Origin: Catajapyx aquilonaris
Taxonomy: Eukaryota
Reading direction: 5' to 3'
Length of the DNA: 20,000 nucleotides
Assembly (NCBI GenBank): GCA_000934665.2
Contig: JYFJ02001577.1
Span: 55,646-75,645, forward strand
Below are positions 12,474 through 20,000 of this stretch, in pieces. A program made the translations under genes and the position numbers. The notes under the pieces were generated by a model. That model saw nothing but the letters and a program-made list of their open reading frames with translations, was not told the origin of the DNA and did not search any database. Every line of letters begins with the position of its first letter. Position 1 is the stretch's first letter.

Positions 12474-15400
12474 GGCTCAGGTTGGCAGTGCGATTCCCTA
12501 GGATGGGGGGGAAAGTGGGGGAGTCCGGATGGCCACTGATTCAGGGAGTGGGGGGGTTGGAGGGGAGTTGCAGCGGGTAGGGAGTTGTTGGAATTCTGTA
12601 GGAATCTTCATTCACGCCCCCCTAGATAGTCTTTGTCCACACACAAACTGTCCTGATCGACATTAATCCGGTTTTGCAGAAAGCCCGATTTTTTTTGGAG
12701 GGAGCCCACAAATTGTACAAGTGCGAATATATTTTTTTGCCACTTTATTCTGTTTGGATGAAAGTGTTTTGTAGGAATGAATTGCTCTCTTTGGTTAGGT
12801 AAGTCAAGTTATCAGGGAAATAGTTGTGATCGCGCTCTTCTAGTACTGTTATGGTTGATAATCCATATCCTCCCCCCAATGTAGGATACTAGTGAACCCG
12901 TTGCCAAAATTTGGCAAAATAATCGGCAGTATGACAGTGTAAACAATTTAATTAGATGGCCCGCCGATTTACCACGTAGTACTATTTTTCAGGCACAGAT
13001 GGCGCACCCTCCGTCTGTACAATCCCGCCACCCTCAAGTCGTGTGAGAAATAACGATACTAGCAGTTCGGAAAAACATCCGACGGAGAGAATAAACCTAT
13101 TAGGAGAAAGATAACTGTAATATTCTCGTCAGTTAACGTTGAAAATTTGCAGGGAATGCGTCAACACTAGCGATTGGATTCAATTCCCCCCCCCCCCCCT
13201 CACTGGTCCATATCCAGCCAACTAGTCACTAAAAAAATCATTCATCAGTGACATATCAGTGACATATGAGCCCATTAGGATGGGGATATTACCGGAACCA
13301 AATTTTAGGAATAACATCCATCGATTTTATTTCATTACTCGCCATTCGTATACCGAAGCCAACCCCCGATTCAGACCTCTGAGTGAAACATCAACCCGGA
13401 TTGGTGACCTAATCTAATCGCGGTATTTATTCGAGCCAATACCATGTGTTACCTCAAAATGTCAGGTTTCCACAATGCAAACTTTTGCAAAACCCAATTC
13501 TTTTTTTGTGTGTGTATACTATAGTGGCGCAACTAATTTGTTAATTTTTATTATTATTAATGCAAGAAATTGTAGTTGATGCTGGTAACCTTTTGTGGGG
13601 CCTGATGGGGGCATTTACATGGCTTGAGCTTTTTTATTGGGCACAAAAAACCTACTGAGAGCGAACGTTTGAAATTGTCATAAAGAGGGAACGTTATGGA
13701 AGAAGGGAAAGAGGGGGCCATAATTTTTAGGGAGTATAAACGCAAATTGAGCTCATATAAGAGGAAACATGCCTCTTTTTTGGGGAACACTGCTGGGGGA
13801 AGAGTATATGGAAGAAATTGATTGCATTGCTGCACTGGTTATAATATGTATTAATGACAGATTGGGGGCCAAAAATACCAGCTTATTTTTTTGTGGTGGG
13901 TGGTAAGCACTGCCAACAATCCTCTCCACGTTATCATTTGCCCATTGTAGGATTACCAAAATCGAGCACCAATGTTTTCTGGCCATCAAATGCATCACGT
14001 GAATGGCATCAAGCGGATTTCGACTTTTTGGGCGGCATTTTCCCCAGCAGCCTCCCCCATAAGCCCTGAGGGGACACATTATTATTGGACGAGTACTTTA
14101 TTTTTTCCCATTTTTTGGCGCCAGTGGTATCAAAGACATGATTTTTATGCGGACGGCCAATGGCGGCGACTGGTGTTGACGTTTTTCCCCTCGGCTTAAC
14201 TACTGCACACTTGCATTCATTTGCACTTTTATTTTTTTTATTATCCGCAACCGCTTGCTGGGCTTGTTCATATCGAAACAAACGTAGTCAGACTAATGGA
14301 TTTTTCTATAGGTGTTTGTTCATGAAATTCCCAACTCGAACGGCGTTGTTCATCAGGCATAAAAGAGGCTTTGTAACTCCCATCCATTTTTTTCCGACAG
14401 CCCCGGATGGTTACCTGTTAATTAAAATTGAAGAGGACTAGTCTACGCGCAGGTATCACCCACCCAGGGAAAAAAATGGAAGAATGCTTAGCAGCAATTA
14501 TTAAAATTAAACTTGAGGTAAATCTACATGGGTGTATTTTTATGGTAATTGCAGCGTTTGCGTGCTGCCTGACAACTTGCAAAGAATAACCTTTTTAATT
14601 ATTGCTTCTTTGAGGGTCTTGTGGTTGCTTCAAAGAATGTTTTCTTTGTCGCTTTTTTTTACAATTTTTATTTTTTGGGTATAGCGAGCCATCAAGCGTA
14701 ATTAATATGCCTCACTGGAGCGTTTTTATGCTTTATAAGCGTTGGGTGGGGGCTGAAATCCGACTGAGTCTCATCCGGACCAGACAACGATATGTTTAAT
14801 TGCACTTTTAATAATAGAGAAAGAGCGAAAGTGATTAGTACTCCCTCAAAACGCTGCAACTGCAATTAAAAACTGCACTTTTGACAATGACAAAATTGCT
14901 ATGTTCATTTTCATGTTAATTTCTTAATATGAAATTTCTACAAAGCTATTTTCTTAATGTACTTGTAGATACTGTGATCTTTTTCTGACAAAAATTGCAT
15001 TGATATTTTTCAGGAGTAATACTGTAGTATCCAGGAATGACTTTGTTAATCACCAAATCTGGTCAAATGAATAATTAGTGTCATGACCAACGTATTGTGA
15101 GTAGAACTTTTTTTTTTGGACATTCCTATAGTGTACGACATGACAATGTTGCTTCTCGTTTCCACTGAGAGAGATTCTTAAACAGCAAAACTTGTCCGAT
15201 GCAAGTGTGTAAGTGGATTTCAGAGCGAATCGGCTGCACAATAGTAGGAGGTTGTCAATTTGGATGGCCTCCATGACAGATGGATCCATTTGGCTCAGAT
15301 TTTTCCGAGGCTGGACACACGTCACATTTTATGACTCCAGAGAAAAACTTTTGTTTCACTTTGGGCCCGTAATGGCTGCAATAAAATATTTAGAACTTTC

Positions 15401-16754
15401 GGAAATGATGGTCGTTTCCGTGGACCGATGTTATATCGCAAACTATTAATTAGCAAATTGGAGAATGAGTAACAGAAATGATGGTATTACTTTGCACAAT
15501 GAAATACATGTCTGTACCATACTTCATGATAGGCAAAGACACTATTGTTATGTCAGATGAGATGCTGTAAACATGGAAAATACTTATTGTCTCACAGAGT
15601 AATTTTATTCAAATAACTTACATAACACTATACACCATAAGAAAGGTATGACCTGCTTCGTACACTTCTGAGGGTTCTGTTTTATCCATAATTTTTCGTG
15701 TGTGACTTTCCGATTGTCTCAATTAACTATTAAATTACTCCTCCACCTTATCCCTCCGGATGACCACCTTCATCGTAAACGCAGTTTGCATATTCTTATG
15801 TTTTTGTGTGTTTATTCGCAATCAACTAAAGACCTGTAGACAAGTGAATAAATGCAGCTCATCTTACATGGTACGCCCACTAAGTGAGCTGATCCAGGGC
15901 CAGATAGGAACCGCAATTAGGGCGGGTTTGAACCGCTTAGGCGGACACCTTTTGAGGGAGTTTGGGAAGGAGGATGGTGGGGGGAGGGAAAGAAGAAGAG
16001 CCCCCATTTGGAAGCGAGTTGTTTCTTTCCATTGTCTAATGGAGCGTCCAGGGAAACAAATAGCTGTGTAGCCGAGGAGGCCTCAACAACAAAACAGGAC
16101 ATGCGCTAAGGGGAGGATTTAATTTGGTTGGAGGTATTTCCAGCTGGTTACCAAAATCTTAATGGGCGTTAAGACTCACCCTGTGGGGGCGGCGGGGCAA
16201 GGGGGACAGAGAGGCAAAAGGGGGGTGCCTGTATCTATCTGTTTGCCGGCCATTAGCATTCACCTCGTGATTCCCTCTCCCGCCAAATTGGGCGGCCATT
16301 TTAGCCTCGGTAGAGAAGCAGCAGCGCGGGTGGAAATGTCGCCATCTGTCCTCGGCAGACAGGTTCACACTCGGCTGGGCTACTGGTCCATGATCAAGCC
16401 CGGATCTAGGCTCTGACTGGGACAGAAACACATCTGCCTTTTAGCACAACAGAGCCGTTTGTCTTTCGCTGATTCGCACTGAATCTAACCGCACTTTTCT
16501 TTTTTTTTGTTGCTGCTGGGGGAAAATCGAATTCACTGTTGTGATGGGATTGGGATGCTGGTGAGGTATCGTGTCATAAAGGATTAACTATAGGGGGGTG
16601 AATTTGCAATATGTTGATTTAGAGGGTGTTTATCAATGATACTGGCATTTTATTTGTTCATCGAGGGATTTTCTTAAAAGTTAGACATTGAGCATATGAT
16701 CCACGAATATTAGTGGAGCATTGCTTCTGACATAAAACAATCTGCAACAACATG

Positions 16755-16790
16755 TACTATATCGCTCAAAATGACGGAGACATTGTTGCG
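16755..16790 (+). mobile_element. Solo terminus related to the 11127-11230 MITE
   Basis: TACTATATCGCTCAAAATGACGGAGAC shares its first 17 nt exactly with the reverse complement of the MITE's right arm (TACTATATCGCTCAAAAAGATAGAGAC). No partner end was found. Confidence 0.55.
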
Positions 16791-18379
16791 TTTGGCGTAT
16801 CTCTAAAAGGGATAGTCAGCAATGAGGAGATCCAATACGAATAATAAACATCGGTAGCCTTAATATTTTGGAAAACACAAACATACGAAATTCAGTGCGT
16901 TGGAATTTAAATAGATTGACATAGTGCATGTAATTATCTAAACAATCGTACAAAGAAGGCGTGTTTGACATAATTAGCATTAATTTGAGAGTACATTATG
17001 TCACCTCGTGGCCCACAGCACTTAGTCGTACATCACCTCGCCCACTGCCTGGTAGACTTAATGATAACCTAGTTTAAATTATAATTACATGGCACATCCA
17101 CGACATCATGACATTTTTTGGAGTAAAACAGACATACTGTAATTCCATTTAAAAAGCAAGAAATCTGCCAGCAATATCACTATACAATAAAAAGCACCAT
17201 TCTAATATAAATACATTTGAGGTAATTATGTCAGTTACGTCTCATATAATATCTGAGCACCCTCGTTCTACACTTAAGCAAATATTGTGCTCAAACCTGC
17301 TTGTCATAAAATTTGATAACTGCTTTAAAACGCAATCCTAATTCATAAAATCCCATCGTTCATTCCAAACTGCTCGCACGTCCGTCCTGGACATGGACTC
17401 TGCTGCAAGATAAGTCATCAGGTTACGATCCAGTTCTAATCTAGTTACGCCAAAGAGGTGGGAGGATTGAAGGGTGATGGAGGAAGAACCTTCCTGCCAG
17501 GTTCTTCATATACCCACACGAATGAAGCAGCTACCCTGACAGTCTTGGCGGTTCAGAAACTGAGCCCTGCATAAGGTGTCTCACAGCTCGGATTAACAAT
17601 ATTAGAAAAGCAGCGCAACACTGTATCCAAACCTATAGGCACTGGCTGGCCGGGTAAATTCATTTCCTTAATGCGGTTTTGATCCTTATCCCTGTCAAAG
17701 GATGTAGGGCACCATGCTGCAAGCGCAACTAGATGAGAATGGGGTTGTTCAATTTTCTAAAACTTAAGCCCTCTATACTCCCTGGGTATATATACATATA
17801 AAAGGTGGTGCCGTCGGGAGGCCCGGTTCTAGAGATGAGAAAATCCGTGTTGACTATGGCGCTTCACGCTTCCTCAGCTTGATTCCATTTGGGAAGCGAC
17901 ACACTTGATGAGTTTGATAAATGCAGATTGGGGAAGGGGAGGGAAAAGTGCGCAAGTAAACCTCCTCCTCGCCCGTCGCTAACTCGGCAGAGAAAGTTAG
18001 CCCGTGTGGTTTTTGTCAAATAGAAATTTTCGCCCGCTCTTGCCTAGCTGCTGCCTGTTAGCCTACCTCAGGTGAAATTTTATTCAAGTCGGCTACGCTT
18101 GATCAAGTCCCCGGTGCGCTCCACCATGGAACTCGCCTTCCCTTCTGATTGTGTTTCCAATTCAATCTGATTGCTTAAAGCCTAATTTGATTACTTATTC
18201 ATTCTTAAATCAGTTTAACTAATCGCTTAATTTGGGAAGGGAAACTCTAATCCGGTTATTTAATGAATTGTCGTGTCTAGGGTAAACAATCCCCGCACTC
18301 GAATACAAAACATCGGGAATCAACAAAAAAAGTGAAAATTGGGCAGAGTTGGAAGGGGGGGGGGGGNCCCCTAAACTCT

Positions 18380-18640
18380 CGTGGTTTGCAGCCAATCACG
18401 AACCGGCTCTCAGACGCCGTTTCCACCGCATTGACATTCAAATTGCTCAATGTGACGCGAACGCCAATTGGATTAGTTGAGTCACGTGAGCGGACCCCGG
18501 CGTTTTCATTAATGATTGGTCACATTAGGCTCTGCATTCATCTCCGGATTCATCGCCACTTGATGCGATTTTGCGGGACACGGCCCTTCTTTTCCCGGAC
18601 CCCTCATGTGACTGATGTATCTCCGTCACCCGTGCAGTAA
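18380..18640. promoter_or_regulatory. CpG-rich, CCAAT-box-rich candidate promoter/enhancer
   Basis: AGCCAATCAC (CCAAT 18392-18396), CCAATTGG (18464-18471), TGATTGGT (ATTGG 18515-18519), and overlapping TGAGTCA (18478-18484) and CACGTG (18483-18488). Many CpGs compared with the flanks. Confidence 0.45.
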
Positions 18641-18660
18641 ACTGGCAAGAACTAACGGCT

Positions 18661-19192
18661 AGTAACCCTAACTTAACTGAGTTAACTCTTAGTAACCCTT
18701 AACAACTTTTACTAACTTAGCCTACTATAATAATTATTAGTAACTCCTTAGCCTACTTACTAACCATTACTTACTAACTCTTAGTACCGTAACCATTAAT
18801 AACTTACTAACCCTTAGTAACCATTAGGCCTACTTACTTACTTACTAACCCTCTTTCTTCCTTCCTTACTTACTAACCCTCTTTCTTCCTTCCTTACTTA
18901 CTAACCCTCTTTCTTCCTTCCTTACTTACTAACCCTCTTTCTTCCTTCCTTACTTACTAACCCTCTTACTAACCCTTAGTAACCCGTAGTAACCATCTTA
19001 CTAACCCTTAGTGACCATCTTACTTACTAACTAACCCTCTTACTTACTAACTAACTCTCTTACTTACTAACCCTCTTACTTACTAACTAACCCTCTTACT
19101 TACTAACTAACTCTCTTACTAACTAACCCTCTTACTTACTAACCCTCTTACTAACCCTCTTACTAACCCTTAGTAACCCTCTTACTGACTAC
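18661..19192. repeat. Compound minisatellite built from CTTA / CTAACCCT motifs, including 4.5 perfect copies of a 28-bp unit
   Basis: The + strand is G-poor. Unit CTTACTAACCCTCTTTCTTCCTTCCTTA starts at 18841, 18869, 18897 and 18925, with a partial copy at 18953. Flanked by shorter variants such as CTTACTTACTAACCCT and CTTAGTAACCCT. Confidence 0.92.
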
Positions 19193-19370
19193 CAGGGATG
19201 GGCAGTATTTAAATACAAATGTATTTAAATACGTATTTAAATACTTCTTGGTATTTAGATATGTATTTATAACTACATTGGTTTTCCTGTATTTAAATAC
19301 TGTATTTAAATACATTTCTGAGTATTTAAATACAGAAGTATTTAAATACATATCGTAAATACTTTCCCTA
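19193..19370 (+). mobile_element. Left end of a non-autonomous DNA transposon (hAT-like) with palindromic subterminal repeats
   Basis: Begins CAGGGATGGGCA, then 7 perfect copies of the palindrome GTATTTAAATAC (19205, 19221, 19233, 19289, 19302, 19322, 19338). The right end is not in the window. The superfamily assignment rests on terminal similarity only. Confidence 0.6.
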
Positions 19371-19474
19371 ATTCCCCTTTAATATTATTTGCATAATTCT
19401 TAATTCTGATTCCTATAATGAAATAAAAGCAGCTAATTGGCAGCTTTTTCTCCTAGGCAGCTTGCAGCATGATA

Positions 19475-19660
19475 CAAGGCGCATCCAGAAAGTAAGTTCC
19501 GTTTTTTTTTTTAATTAGACAAATTCCAATGCACCCCCAGAATTTTTATTTTTACACATCTGAAATCGACAACTGTCTACATTTTTGCAAAATAGTTTCC
19601 AGCCAAATCGAGGCAATTTTCATTGAGTTACACACGATTTTGTGTGTCTTCTTCTTCTAC
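19475..19660 (-). mobile_element. 3' end of a decayed mariner element
   Basis: TA-CAAGGCGCATCCAGAAAGTAAGTTCC resembles a mariner TIR. The minus strand reads EEEDTQNRV*LNEK / CLDLAGNYFAKM*, a broken version of the mariner transposase C-terminus (..GIxKLVxRxxKCLxxxGDYVEK*). Confidence 0.7.
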
Positions 19661-19679
19661 CCTGTGATAGAGCCAGTGG

Positions 19680-19975
19680 TTTTTTTCAGTGGTATTTTCT
19701 TAATTATTTTTGGTTTTTATTCAACTCCGGTGCAGGGAAATCAAGGACATTGGGTAAGGGTAGGGATTTTTGGGAAGGGAACGTAGGTGCAGGTGCAATG
19801 TCTCAAGTTTGAGCCATGTGCATGTCCCCCAGGAGGTTAGGTGGTTGCCAGACACCTCCAAGGTAAGGGTCAGAGACCCTCCCGACGCAGGTGAAAGAGA
19901 AGTAGGGAACTCCCAGGCGGGGGTCGAACCTGGGACCTTTCACACAGCAAGCCATCTCTGCCACCGCACCTCCCC
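19680..19975 (-). mobile_element. tRNA-derived SINE
   Basis: The minus strand starts GGGGAGGTGCGGTGGCAGAGATGG (A-box-like), then AGGTCCCAGGTTCGACCCCCGCC (B box), a ~200-bp body, and an A-rich 3' end containing AATAAA (about 19680-19721). Confidence 0.7.
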
Positions 19976-20000
19976 AATATTTTGTATGTTTATGTCATAG

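Noticed and set aside
12020..12539. + strand ORFs of 65, 147 and 130 aa
   Set aside because: Antisense shadows of the GC-rich first coding exon.
12664..12864. Two Pitx/Otx-type TAATCC sites near the proximal promoter
   Set aside because: The hexamer occurs many times across the window, so two copies carry little information without conservation data.
13557..16431. Numerous 60-110 aa ORFs upstream of shox
   Set aside because: No recognisable domains or splice-consistent structure, and many use non-ATG starts; expected by chance.
17797..17804. TATAAAAG on the + strand as the promoter of a divergent transcript
   Set aside because: It is embedded in a short TA-repeat stretch, and no supporting exon or ORF follows.
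19900..19975. tRNA gene (also considered at 9140-9195)
   Set aside because: A/B boxes are present, but I cannot form a complete cloverleaf, and each is followed by a SINE-like body and tail.

Overview
Eukaryotic (animal, probably chordate/vertebrate-like) genomic DNA holding the 5' half of a short-stature homeobox (SHOX/SHOX2 family) gene on the minus strand. The first coding exon is 12388-12028 (MEKLTEFVSKSFD...), followed by a ~10 kb phase-1 intron. The second coding exon, 2039-1765, encodes the homeodomain up to ...EARVQ. The exon with WFQNRR is not in the window and must lie left of position 1. The noncoding DNA alternates GC-richer islands dense in homeodomain and other motifs with AT-rich spacers. 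The spacers carry transposon relics: a Tc1/mariner-superfamily foldback made of two transposon 3' ends, a 104-bp hairpin MITE, two tRNA-derived SINEs, a mariner 3' end, a hAT-like end and tandem repeats. I see no evidence of a wholly new biological system. The most interesting observations are a strong-Kozak uORF just ahead of the shox start, a divergent Shox N-terminus, clustered P3 paired-class homeodomain sites, a possible distal promoter and the double-ended foldback element.
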